Below, piece by piece: positions 27,446 to 36,546 of a DNA stretch of 64,000 nucleotides (position 1 is the first letter of the stretch; each line of letters starts with the position of its first letter). The stretch lies in the IMG/VR virus record IMGVR_UViG_3300036796_000048, positions 7,335 through 71,334 of that record; one strand, given 5' to 3'. The notes beneath the pieces are model-generated. The model did not search any database. It was not told the DNA's origin and saw only the letters and a program-made list of their open reading frames with translations. The position numbers were made by a program, and so were the translations under genes. Source of the stretch: a virus. Taxonomy: Duplodnaviria; Caudoviricetes.

Positions 27446-29103
27446 TGCCTATTGATCCGAGACAGTACGACTCTGCTGTAGACTTCATTTATTCTGAGGC
27501 AGAGTTCTCAAAGACTGTCGGCAATGTGTCTAATCTGGATGACAGATTGCGATTGATGACATATGAACTGTATGAGGACTTCTATCACAACCGTCCTGAG
27601 CATATGCGTGTTGTGTTACGTGGCGAAGATGACGACTCTGTTGAGATTTACGTACCAAGCGTTAAGAAGTGTGTTGAAGCGGTAAACAGGTTCTTGTGCG
27701 TCAACTTTGATTACCAAATTGATCCAGACAGCGGTAATAGTGGCGACCAAACTATTGTTGACAATTACTTGACCACTTTGTTTGCAAAAGAAAAAGTGCT
27801 TAGTAAATTCAACACGATGAAGCGTTATATGCTCATCAAGGGAGATGCTTGCTTTCATGTTATAGGCATTCCGTGGGAGCGTCCTGGCCGGCGTGTGAAG
27901 ATCCAAGAGTTGAAACCAGAGACATATTACCCAATTGAGGATGCTGTAACTGGTCATCCTCTTGGCTGCCATATTGTGGAAGTAATCCGTAACCCCAAGA
28001 ATACTCTACGAACCAAATCTTACACAGGCGACTTTGTAGTACGTCGCCAAACTTATCGGCGTATTGTCGATGAGAATGGCATACCAATCATTGATCCAGA
28101 TAAACCTAAAGTGACAAGTGAAATTACGCTTTGGGAAATTGGTCGTTGGGATGATCGCATCAATTGGGAAGAGCTATCACAGATTGATGTTGTCCAAAAA
28201 GAGTTCCCGTTGCCAAAAGAGATTTCAGAATTACCAGTATACCATTGGAAGAATAACCCGCCACCTGGTTCTACGTGGGGTATGTCTGAATGTGCCGGTG
28301 TTGAGACAATTATTTCTGCTATGAATCAGGCAATGTCTGATGAAGACTTGACGCTCATCACGCAAGGGCTAGGTGTTTACTGGACGGATGCTGCACCTCC
28401 AGTAGATGAGAATGGTAATGAAACTGAATGGGAAATTGGTCCTGGGGCAGTTGTTCAGGTTGGTGCTGGGTCTGCTTTCAATCGTGTGTCTGGTGTCAGC
28501 TCTGTATCTCCTTACGGTGACCATATAGATCGACTCAGCGAAGCTATGCAACAAGCTCTTGGCATTCCCGACATCACTATCGGGGTCGTGGATGTAGCTA
28601 CTGCTGAATCTGGTATCGCTCTACAATTGAAGCTGTCTCCGCTGTTGGCCAAGAACGCAGAAAAAGAGCTAACAATTGCGGAAACTACTGACAACTTTCT
28701 GTCCGACATTGTAAACGGTTTTATGCCGGCGTATGAGGGCATAAATTCTAATGGCGTACAGGCTACGTCCCAGTTTGATGATCCGATGCCTACTAATCAA
28801 AGCAAGCAGCTTGAAGATGTACTGGCTATTTGGACTCAGGTTAATGTTAGTGGACAGATTTTGCCTGTCGAATGGCTATATGAACAGCTTAATGAGATCA
28901 TGGGTTATGATCTGGATGTGAATAGTGATCTACAGAAGGCAATTCAAGAGGGCACCGAGATTGCTAGCGAAGCTATGGCCGGTACAATGGGAGGTGGCGG
29001 GCCGAACGGAAGCCAATTTGGCGATCAGATGGATCAAGAGCTGGGCAACCAGCCAGACCAATTAAATGGCAAGAACTACCAATTCTCTAACATAGGAAAC
29101 TGA
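27445..29103 (+). CDS. Portal protein
   Basis: About 552 aa after terL; IKGDACFHV and WGMSECAGVETII...NQAMSDED patterns. TAATG start at 27445. Confidence 0.88.
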   Translation: MPIDPRQYDSAVDFIYSEAEFSKTVGNVSNLDDRLRLMTYELYEDFYHNRPEHMRVVLRGEDDDSVEIYVPSVKKCVEAVNRFLCVNFDYQIDPDSGNSGDQTIVDNYLTTLFAKEKVLSKFNTMKRYMLIKGDACFHVIGIPWERPGRRVKIQELKPETYYPIEDAVTGHPLGCHIVEVIRNPKNTLRTKSYTGDFVVRRQTYRRIVDENGIPIIDPDKPKVTSEITLWEIGRWDDRINWEELSQIDVVQKEFPLPKEISELPVYHWKNNPPPGSTWGMSECAGVETIISAMNQAMSDEDLTLITQGLGVYWTDAAPPVDENGNETEWEIGPGAVVQVGAGSAFNRVSGVSSVSPYGDHIDRLSEAMQQALGIPDITIGVVDVATAESGIALQLKLSPLLAKNAEKELTIAETTDNFLSDIVNGFMPAYEGINSNGVQATSQFDDPMPTNQSKQLEDVLAIWTQVNVSGQILPVEWLYEQLNEIMGYDLDVNSDLQKAIQEGTEIASEAMAGTMGGGGPNGSQFGDQMDQELGNQPDQLNGKNYQFSNIGN

Positions 29104-29108
29104 CAACT

Positions 29109-29867
29109 ATGCACAAGACTACAACGATCCATATTCCGCACAAGCCAGATTTACCTTATGCGCTTGGTCGTCATTATGAACATGACGAACGCAGCGAAGC
29201 ATTCACTATTAGCGCGCCGCCAGTTTCACCTAAGACAATCTTCTGGTCTGATGCTGCGCCGATTCTGAATCAGGGTAATATCGGTGGTTGTGTAGGTTGG
29301 ACCGGTGCTGATATCTTGAACACGGATATGTTCAAGCCTGTTCGTGACAAAATGAATAAGGGCCAATACTTCACCGACGCAGATGGGTTGAGGTTTTATG
29401 AACTGGCAACTCAAAATGATAGCACTCCTGGTAGCTATCCTCCTGATGACACTGGTAGCTCCGGTTTGGGTCTTGCTAAGGCTCTTAAGAAACTTGGACT
29501 CATTGATAAGTACGAGCATGGATTTGGTTTGAACCACTTCTTTGCCGGCATCATGACTCAGCCGTTGGCCATGGGTACTTTGTGGACGAATGATTTGTTC
29601 ACTCCTGATAGCGAAGGGATCATTCATCTTGGTGCTCTTACCGAAGACAACATCGCCGGTGGCCATGAATGGGGCTGTCGCGGAATTGATATGGAGCGTG
29701 GTTTGGCGCTTGGTCGTAACCACTGGGCAGCTAATTGGGATACTGTTAGTTTGCCTAGTGATAGCATTAAGCAAAGTGGTGAATTCTGGATTCCGCTCGA
29801 AGACGTTGAAACACTTATCAATAACGCGGGTGATATGACTTTGCTTCATGGAGTCGGGATGCCATGA
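29109..29867 (+). CDS. Papain-like (clan CA) cysteine protease
   Basis: LNQGNIGGCVG (oxyanion Q and catalytic C), GGHEW (catalytic H) and RNHW (N-x-W). Confidence 0.75.
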   Translation: MHKTTTIHIPHKPDLPYALGRHYEHDERSEAFTISAPPVSPKTIFWSDAAPILNQGNIGGCVGWTGADILNTDMFKPVRDKMNKGQYFTDADGLRFYELATQNDSTPGSYPPDDTGSSGLGLAKALKKLGLIDKYEHGFGLNHFFAGIMTQPLAMGTLWTNDLFTPDSEGIIHLGALTEDNIAGGHEWGCRGIDMERGLALGRNHWAANWDTVSLPSDSIKQSGEFWIPLEDVETLINNAGDMTLLHGVGMP

Positions 29868-30307
29868 CCACCCCGGCGCATGACCAGAATATAACGCATC
29901 ATTACATGATGCATTATCCTGAACATGAACCACGCACAAATGATCCGCACTACAAAGACTTCAACCATTATCGTCGCACCACGGCTGCTACAGCAAAGTG
30001 TCAATTTGGTCTTGATCGCGATAATGACTTCAGCGAATGTGGCCCGATTAACCCGAACTTGTGGCCGCAAGGGTTGGAGCTGCACCACGGGCATATCGAA
30101 TTTGCTTTACTCAACGGTGTAGACCTGAGTTTGCTTGAAGGCAAGTATCCTGGCATTTCTGACCCAAACCAGTTGGGAGCATGGATTGAATCTGCTGAGA
30201 ACCTAATGTGGCTTTGCGAATTTCACCACAGAGGAACTGGCGGTGTACACTCGGCTACCGCCAGCGACTATGAGAATGAGCATTATGTCCGACACCTCAT
30301 CAGTTAA
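29864..30307 (+). CDS. HNH-like zinc-binding nuclease
   Basis: KC...EC...LELHH...ENLMWLCEFHHRG...GVH. Confidence 0.6.
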   Translation: MTTPAHDQNITHHYMMHYPEHEPRTNDPHYKDFNHYRRTTAATAKCQFGLDRDNDFSECGPINPNLWPQGLELHHGHIEFALLNGVDLSLLEGKYPGISDPNQLGAWIESAENLMWLCEFHHRGTGGVHSATASDYENEHYVRHLIS

Positions 30308-30428
30308 GTTCACCAGAGAAGAAATTGATACTGTTAAGTCTGTTGGTATGATTTTAGCTGGTTTTGGTAAAGGTCAGCTTACAGAGAATTTAATCGGGAT
30401 CATTGAGAAAATGGAGAAAATGATATGA
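30285..30428 (+). CDS. Small hypothetical protein
   Basis: Coupled ORF MSDTSSVKFTREEI... Confidence 0.45.
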   Translation: MSDTSSVKFTREEIDTVKSVGMILAGFGKGQLTENLIGIIEKMEKMI

Positions 30429-30583
30429 TTGTACTAGGTTTGCTTCTAGTTGTGTTGGGATATCTTGTACCAGTTCCGCCGATTGTCATCACAATTGGTT
30501 GGATCCTATTCGTGGTTGGTTTGGTCCTTTTATTCGCCGGTCATTTTCACGGTCCTGTGATGGGTCGTAGGTATTGGTATTGA
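30425..30583 (+). CDS. 52-aa two-TM membrane protein
   Basis: Manual translation MIVLGLLLVVLGYLVPVPPIVITIGWILFVVGLVLLFAGHFHGPVMGRRYWY; ATGA overlap. Confidence 0.6.
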   Translation: MIVLGLLLVVLGYLVPVPPIVITIGWILFVVGLVLLFAGHFHGPVMGRRYWY

Positions 30584-30613
30584 TGGCCGTTCCAATTAGG
30601 TTAGGAGTACAAA

Positions 30614-30778
30614 GTGGTAAAAAGAAAGCCAAAGCTGGGAAGCGGAAAGCGATTCGCAGCAGTAGCAAAAAGTGCCGGGGGCGGCAAAAAGGGAGCTGCC
30701 ATTGCAGCAGCTGTGGGGCGTAAGAAATATGGCGCCAAAAAGTTTGCTGCTCTAGCAAAGAAGGGCAAAAAGAAGTAA
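30614..30778 (+). CDS. 54-aa Lys/Ala/Gly-rich basic protein
   Basis: Manual translation (GTG) MVKRKPKLGSGKRFAAVAKSAGGGKKGAAIAAAVGRKKYGAKKFAALAKKGKKK; AGGAG RBS; TAATG coupling. Confidence 0.65.
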   Translation: MVKRKPKLGSGKRFAAVAKSAGGGKKGAAIAAAVGRKKYGAKKFAALAKKGKKK

Positions 30779-31080
30779 TGGCAGTTTCACGACATCTCAA
30801 GACCAAAGCAAATTGTAAGGGTCGCAAAGCACCACCCGGGACAATTCCGGGACAGCCGGCTGCTGGCCACCACCCGTTTGCCAGTAAAGCGCAGCAACGT
30901 TTATTCTTTGCCAACCCCAAATTGCGTAGGTGGGCATTCGGCAAGGCGCACGCTACTGGCGAGCATTGCGAACTTGGTGCTGTTAGTAAAGCACGTTACC
31001 GCGCATTGCCTGATCGCAAAGGTAGCACATTTCATCGTGTACCGCTACACCCAAGTCAAAAAGGTAGATCACTCGGGTGA
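30778..31080 (+). CDS. Basic hypothetical protein
   Basis: FASKAQQRLFFANPKLRRWA segment; coupled. Confidence 0.6.
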   Translation: MAVSRHLKTKANCKGRKAPPGTIPGQPAAGHHPFASKAQQRLFFANPKLRRWAFGKAHATGEHCELGAVSKARYRALPDRKGSTFHRVPLHPSQKGRSLG

Positions 31081-31427
31081 TTCAGCTCACCGCCATGTTG
31101 CCGATGCTACCACCAAAGGTAGTTAATGATTTGGTCAATTTGGCAGTGGCTGGTATGCCATATGAAGTGTGCGGTTTAATCTATGAGCACGATATTGTAG
31201 TTCAGTATCCAAATATATCATGTGGCAATAAGAAACATAGCTTTGACATGGAAGCCGATATCTGTGATGCTAAAGCTATGTGGCACTCTCATCCGCTTGG
31301 ACCCGATCATCCGTCCAATGATGATTTGCCGTGTATTGAACATCTATTGAGAATGGGCATTAACATTCGTCATGTTATTGTTACACCAAAGTCTGTCCAA
31401 GAGTATACGGCGCGTTTAGTTGACTAG
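31077..31427 (+). CDS. JAB/MPN (JAMM) metallo-isopeptidase
   Basis: YEVCGL ... HSH-PLGPDHP-S-ND-D is a complete E-xn-HSH-x7-S-x2-D motif. Confidence 0.85.
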   Translation: MIQLTAMLPMLPPKVVNDLVNLAVAGMPYEVCGLIYEHDIVVQYPNISCGNKKHSFDMEADICDAKAMWHSHPLGPDHPSNDDLPCIEHLLRMGINIRHVIVTPKSVQEYTARLVD

Positions 31428-32334
31428 CCCATTAGCCGATGATCCACAAGCGCAACGACGTAATTGGTTGCTGCGTTATTTGGGCGTACAGAAAATGTAT
31501 GATAGGCAAGTACGCACTGCTCTAATGAAGGCTGCTAAAGACGCAGACACGGTTTTGAAGAAGCTACCCGACTTCGATGAAGGTGCCGGTATTGGTTCAG
31601 CGACAAAACGATACCAAACCAATTTGGTGCGATATGAATTACGCGACCTCATCCGATCCTTGTACAAGGGATTTATACCAATTTTGGGCCAAGGCCAACA
31701 GGACGCCGCAGAAGCAGCTGCGCGCGCTTCTTTGGCAGAAGATGCGAAAGTGTTAGACGCGCTATTTCCGGCTAGAGATATGAGAGATACGTGGGAGCGG
31801 AACTTTATCGCGTCCGCACGGCATTCTATCGGTGCGTTAGTGAACCGCGTCACCGGGGTATCTCCGACTTACCCGCTAAGTACGCGAGTTTACCGAACTG
31901 GCGCGCTCTCAAGGGGTTTAGTCGATACCACAATTAACAACCATCTGGCTCGTGGATCTAGCGCAGCCGAACTTGCTAAGGCTGTAACCAAATCCATCTC
32001 GCCAAATACGCCGGGCGGTGTTAGTTTTGCTGCGATGCGCCTAGCACGTACAGAAATCAACAATGCGTTCCATGTACAGTCCATGCAAGAGATGGATAAA
32101 CCTTGGGCTCAAGAAGTTAAATGGAACCTTAGTAAAATGCATAAACCTGATCCAGGTGATCCCTGCGAGGAATATGCTAGGATAGGAACATATTCAAAAG
32201 ATGCCATTCCGTTAAAGCCACATCCTCAGTGTATGTGTTATATTACACCTGTGATGCTTGACTTCAATATATTTGCTCAGCAATTACGGGCTGGCTCTTT
32301 TGATGATTTTTACAGTAGGCCCAGCGCCGCATAG
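31420..32334 (+). CDS. MuF-like minor capsid protein
   Basis: RLARTEINNAFH...C..Y...PHPQCMC. Confidence 0.8.
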   Translation: MTSPLADDPQAQRRNWLLRYLGVQKMYDRQVRTALMKAAKDADTVLKKLPDFDEGAGIGSATKRYQTNLVRYELRDLIRSLYKGFIPILGQGQQDAAEAAARASLAEDAKVLDALFPARDMRDTWERNFIASARHSIGALVNRVTGVSPTYPLSTRVYRTGALSRGLVDTTINNHLARGSSAAELAKAVTKSISPNTPGGVSFAAMRLARTEINNAFHVQSMQEMDKPWAQEVKWNLSKMHKPDPGDPCEEYARIGTYSKDAIPLKPHPQCMCYITPVMLDFNIFAQQLRAGSFDDFYSRPSAA

Positions 32335-32372
32335 AATGAGCGGCCGCATTTAAAATCAGGTACGCTACGCCT

Positions 32373-33119
32373 ATGAAACTGAGTCCATTTGAGACCACTC
32401 CATTGTACATCCGACTTTGGGGTGGTGACGGTGATGACGACAAGCAGCAGCAACCGGATCAACCTGAGGTCAAAGTTGAAGTTAAGACTGGTGGCGAGCC
32501 GGATAACGATTCTGGGGATGCCGGCAAACCCGATGGAGATGATGGCAAGTCTGATAGCGATGAGTTTGAGAAGAAGTTTGATCAAGAGCGAAAGGCTAGA
32601 CTCAAATTACAGCGCGAGTTGGACAAAAGAGATCAGGAAGCAGCTAAGGTAAACACCGATACAGAAGCTGAGCTCAACGACTACAAGCAGAAGTATGAAC
32701 AGCTGAAGGCTTATGTTGAAAAAGATGGTATTGACACCGCCATCATGAAAGAGTCCAACAAAAAGGACAAGGATGGGCACCCCAAGTACGAATGGCATGA
32801 TGTTGAAGCTGTTCGCGCTTTCATCAATAAGGACAACATACGTTTAGACCTTGAAGCCGGCACTGTTGATGGTCTTGACCTTGAGCTGAAGCGTATCGCC
32901 AAGGAACGTTCGTATTTGTTGGTGCCTTCCAAACAACCAGACAATAACGATGGCAATCCCGCCGACAAATCTCCTGCTAATGGTGGCCCCGCTTCTGGCG
33001 GTCACCCATTTGGTGCAGGTGGTGGACGTCAGCGTGAAACTGATTCAAAGAAAATTGGTGCGAAATACAAGATTCCAGGCTTTGGTCCTGGGGCAGCATC
33101 AGCAGTCCGGCCGTTGTAG
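32373..33119 (+). CDS. Capsid scaffolding protein
   Basis: Acidic disordered N-terminus, central coiled coil, position upstream of the capsid genes; N-terminal IRLWGGDG. Confidence 0.8.
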   Translation: MKLSPFETTPLYIRLWGGDGDDDKQQQPDQPEVKVEVKTGGEPDNDSGDAGKPDGDDGKSDSDEFEKKFDQERKARLKLQRELDKRDQEAAKVNTDTEAELNDYKQKYEQLKAYVEKDGIDTAIMKESNKKDKDGHPKYEWHDVEAVRAFINKDNIRLDLEAGTVDGLDLELKRIAKERSYLLVPSKQPDNNDGNPADKSPANGGPASGGHPFGAGGGRQRETDSKKIGAKYKIPGFGPGAASAVRPL

Positions 33120-33134
33120 GAAAAGGAGCAACTA

Positions 33135-33563
33135 ATGGCCCGTTATGACAAGTATGACCCGATCAATGGTGGCTTTCGTGCTGCCATTGCCGCTGACTTT
33201 CCTGATGCCAATTTGGGTAAGGTCTATGGTGTGGGTTTGAACAGCACGGGGCAGGTGGTCATTGGGTCCGGTCAGAGCGGGATCATTGGATTGCTTGTCG
33301 TGACGCAAAAGCCGGGTCGAGTTGGTCCACTTAAGGAAGTGCCAGTTATTGATGTGATGCGTACTGGTTGCATCACTGACTTTGGCCCCACTTCTGGCAC
33401 TCCAGGTGTTACTTTTGGCGCTGCTGGCACTGCGTATTATAGCGATGCTTCAGGCAACATCTCCGCAACTTGGGCTAGTGGTTCATTTTACGTCGGCACC
33501 ACTGTCGAGCCTGACAGGCTAGAAGTGAATGTCATCCCAACACTCGCGGCTACTGCCGTTTAA
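33135..33563 (+). CDS. Probable capsid decoration protein
   Basis: 142-aa Gly-rich beta protein between scaffold and MCP (MARYDKYDPINGGFRA). Confidence 0.6.
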   Translation: MARYDKYDPINGGFRAAIAADFPDANLGKVYGVGLNSTGQVVIGSGQSGIIGLLVVTQKPGRVGPLKEVPVIDVMRTGCITDFGPTSGTPGVTFGAAGTAYYSDASGNISATWASGSFYVGTTVEPDRLEVNVIPTLAATAV

Positions 33564-33590
33564 TCGCTCTGATAGCCTGAAAGGATAAAA

Positions 33591-34760
33591 ATGGCAGAGA
33601 AGTTGCTCCGACTTTGGGGTGGTGACGGTAACCGTTCTGGTTACATGACTGAGGGTGATATCCTCACCCATACCATTGATGGTGTCGATTTGAACTTGCT
33701 ATGGCAGGAATTCATCGATGCCAACACCATCTATAATGAGCACAAGCAAGGTATGGTCGGCATGCTCACCTATCCGGTGACTTCCGATATCGAACTTGTA
33801 CCTCAGATTGGTGATTTCGCGTTTGAGATCGCTACTGAGTTTGGTATCCCGCGAGGGCAGAATACCAACATCAGTTACTACCAGCTTGCGTACGCTTACC
33901 AGGACTATGACTTGAAGTTGGGTTACACCTGGAAGTTCTTACGTGATGCTCCTGCTTCTCAGGTTGAAGCTGTCCACACCAAGGCAATTCAGGCTGACCA
34001 GGCTTTGGGGTTCCGTAAGGTAATGGAGGCTCTGTTCGATAACCGTAGCCGTCAGACGATTATCAACAGCTTGACCTACAACGTGTATCCTCTTGCTAAC
34101 GGAGATGGCTGGATTCCTCCTGCTTACAAGGGAGTTAGCTTTGATGGCTCGCACAACCACTATCTTGTAAGTGGTGCGGCGACTATCGACTCTGGCGACT
34201 TTGAAGGTGCCGTTAACCACCTTACCGAACACGGTTATGGGTGGGACACGGGTACGCAGATTGTGTGCTTCGCTAACCGTGCTGAGATCAACCAGATACG
34301 CACGTGGCGATTCGGACAGGCTAACCAGAATACAGTAGTTGCAAACTACGATTTCGTACCTGCTCTTGGTCAGCCTGCTCTGCTTGTTCCCAACGCAGAA
34401 GGTCTGTTGGGTGGCCAGGCTCCTGCTGTCTGGAACGGTCTGCGCGTTACTGGTTCTTACATGGACGTCATCGTCATTGAAGAGCCTCTGATGGTCGCCG
34501 GCACGTTGCTGTTCATGAGCACCGGTGGCGTGAATATGGATGAGAACATCGTTGGTGTGCGTGAGCACGCTTCGCCGGACTGGCGGGGTTTGAAGCTGTT
34601 GCCGGGTAACCAGCAGAGGTACCCTTTGATCGATGGCTATTATGTTCACGGCTTTGGTACTGGCGTTCGTCGTCGTACTGGTGCTGTTGTCCTTCAGATC
34701 AAGGCGACTGGATCGTATGCTGCTCCGACTGCTTACAGCTTGACTGGCGCAACTAGGTAA
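33591..34760 (+). CDS. Major capsid protein
   Basis: 389 aa, strongly biased codon usage, AAGGA RBS, synteny; N-terminal LRLWGGDG. Confidence 0.88.
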   Translation: MAEKLLRLWGGDGNRSGYMTEGDILTHTIDGVDLNLLWQEFIDANTIYNEHKQGMVGMLTYPVTSDIELVPQIGDFAFEIATEFGIPRGQNTNISYYQLAYAYQDYDLKLGYTWKFLRDAPASQVEAVHTKAIQADQALGFRKVMEALFDNRSRQTIINSLTYNVYPLANGDGWIPPAYKGVSFDGSHNHYLVSGAATIDSGDFEGAVNHLTEHGYGWDTGTQIVCFANRAEINQIRTWRFGQANQNTVVANYDFVPALGQPALLVPNAEGLLGGQAPAVWNGLRVTGSYMDVIVIEEPLMVAGTLLFMSTGGVNMDENIVGVREHASPDWRGLKLLPGNQQRYPLIDGYYVHGFGTGVRRRTGAVVLQIKATGSYAAPTAYSLTGATR

Positions 34761-34768
34761 GGTGGAGT

Positions 34769-35182
34769 ATGAGTCGCAAGATTGACTTTGATAAGCCACT
34801 CTCAGATGAAGACAAAGAGTGGTTGCATGGATGGTCGCAAGACTATCTCATTGATGAGAATGCGCGCAAGTTTGACAAGGCGTACCAGAAGTCTACAGGA
34901 CCAGAGATTCCGCGTATTGAAGTGAATGCGCCAGCGGCGCCAAGGGATCCACGGGACTTCCCGAATGATAAAGTTGCAACAGGTCCTGTGTATCCCACAG
35001 ATGTGAATGCTGGTCAAGTTCAGCAATATGCTGATACTTCTAGTAAGCCGGTTGAAGAAGAAGTGGACATCAACGATCTCACGGTTGATGAACTCAAGGA
35101 TGAACTGCGTAAACTCGATGAGCCTGTAAGTGGCACCAAGGATGAGCTTGTAAAGCGTCTCTCCAAAGCTTTGGAGGACTAA
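34769..35182 (+). CDS. Head-associated protein with C-terminal SAP/HeH motif
   Basis: DLTVDELKDELRKLDEPVSGTKDELVKRL is a SAP consensus. Confidence 0.7.
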   Translation: MSRKIDFDKPLSDEDKEWLHGWSQDYLIDENARKFDKAYQKSTGPEIPRIEVNAPAAPRDPRDFPNDKVATGPVYPTDVNAGQVQQYADTSSKPVEEEVDINDLTVDELKDELRKLDEPVSGTKDELVKRLSKALED

Positions 35183-35578
35183 TTGTCCACTCAGGATCAA
35201 ATTGACCAAGTCACGAAAGAATTGCCAACTTGGCGCATCGACTTGATGGGTTGGGATGACACTACTGTCGGGACTATGATTGACCTCAACAGTAATGTTA
35301 GAGGTCAAGATCCTGTTGCGTGGACTATTCGTATTTTTTGGGTTCAACGTGTCGCTATACTTTCGGCGGCAACTGATGTAAGTGAATCGGGCAGTAGCAG
35401 ACCATTTTCACAGTCGTATGAGCATGCCATGGAAATGGTTAAGTATTACGACAGTTATATTGCTACTGGCAACTTCACTACGCTTGGTAAGATTAGAAAG
35501 CGTTACCGTCGTCCTCATGGCGTTTATATGCCTATGGACGATTACGGCTATGGTGGTGCGTATGTACGGACCAGCTAG
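35183..35578 (+). CDS. Head-to-tail adaptor
   Basis: Synteny; DVSESGSSR...SQ pattern; TTG start with GGAGG RBS. Confidence 0.6.
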   Translation: MSTQDQIDQVTKELPTWRIDLMGWDDTTVGTMIDLNSNVRGQDPVAWTIRIFWVQRVAILSAATDVSESGSSRPFSQSYEHAMEMVKYYDSYIATGNFTTLGKIRKRYRRPHGVYMPMDDYGYGGAYVRTS

Positions 35579-35996
35579 TTGGAATGCTACTCGTCTTGCT
35601 GAATTGTCGTGGAGCACCCAATTTTTCATCAATGAAGATGCGGGGCATCAAGTCACCGTTGCCTTGGTGCCTACGCGCAAAGTGGCGATAGCTAAAGCTG
35701 GCGGGGGACACGATTTTGAGCCTGAAGCACCAAAATCACCCCAAACATTCAGATTAGTGCGACAAACAACTTTCGACGGTATTGAACTTAGCCCCAACGA
35801 CGATGGTATGTCGCGTAAGTTTGCGTACATGATTATTGCGCCTGCTACTGCTGATATAGAAATTGGCGATACTTGGGATGAAAATATGACTGATGGTACA
35901 GTTAACCATTATCATGTCGACTCTATTGAACCTGCTAGCGGTTATGAAATTCGCGCTAGCGTAACTGCTTTCGCCAAGGAGCCACAACATGGCTAA
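35562..35996 (+). CDS. Head-to-tail stopper
   Basis: Synteny; ADIEIGDTW...Y.VDSI beta pattern. Confidence 0.6.
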   Translation: MYGPASWNATRLAELSWSTQFFINEDAGHQVTVALVPTRKVAIAKAGGGHDFEPEAPKSPQTFRLVRQTTFDGIELSPNDDGMSRKFAYMIIAPATADIEIGDTWDENMTDGTVNHYHVDSIEPASGYEIRASVTAFAKEPQHG

Positions 35997-36546
35997 CACG
36001 CGAGAGCAATTCAAATGGGACGGCGGTACACTTACTGTTAATACGGAAGTGTTGCCAGCCAAGATTAACGAGTCAATCTCGTTAACTGTTGATTATGCTG
36101 GCGATTACGGCCAAGGCAAACTCAAGATGGAAGCGCCTTGGCATGATAATACCGGAAATGCTCGTACAGGTCTGTTTACGGCTACTGAGCATATTGGCGA
36201 TGACATATCGTCAGAGCACCACCTATTGTTTAGTCACGGTGTTGATTATGGTATTTGGCTTGAAGTCGCAAATCAGGGTAAGTGGCAGATTATTATGCCT
36301 ACGCTGGTTTCAGTTGGGCAAGACTTGATGAAGGGTTTGGATGGGATGCTCAATCATCCTGGCGAACCGATGTCTGGCATATTCGAGCCTGTATCTCAAG
36401 TTAAGCCGTTACCTTACAAACAAAAGGGCACCTCCCAAGGTACGACTGTGCGTGCTGAAAGGCAAGCTCGTCGCACTAAGCGCGTATCAAAGCGTGAAGC
36501 TCGTGGTGCTGTCCGAACCACTCGTAATGGTGGGAGGAACAGATGA
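35989..36546 (+). CDS. Neck protein (HK97 gp10-like)
   Basis: APWHDNTGNARTGL...HGVDYGIWLE. Confidence 0.65.
   Translation: MANTREQFKWDGGTLTVNTEVLPAKINESISLTVDYAGDYGQGKLKMEAPWHDNTGNARTGLFTATEHIGDDISSEHHLLFSHGVDYGIWLEVANQGKWQIIMPTLVSVGQDLMKGLDGMLNHPGEPMSGIFEPVSQVKPLPYKQKGTSQGTTVRAERQARRTKRVSKREARGAVRTTRNGGRNR

Noticed and set aside
33939-34799. 286-aa minus-strand ORF and many other antisense ORFs of 100-240 aa
   Set aside because: They shadow well-supported + strand genes with biased codon usage, and have no motifs or RBS.
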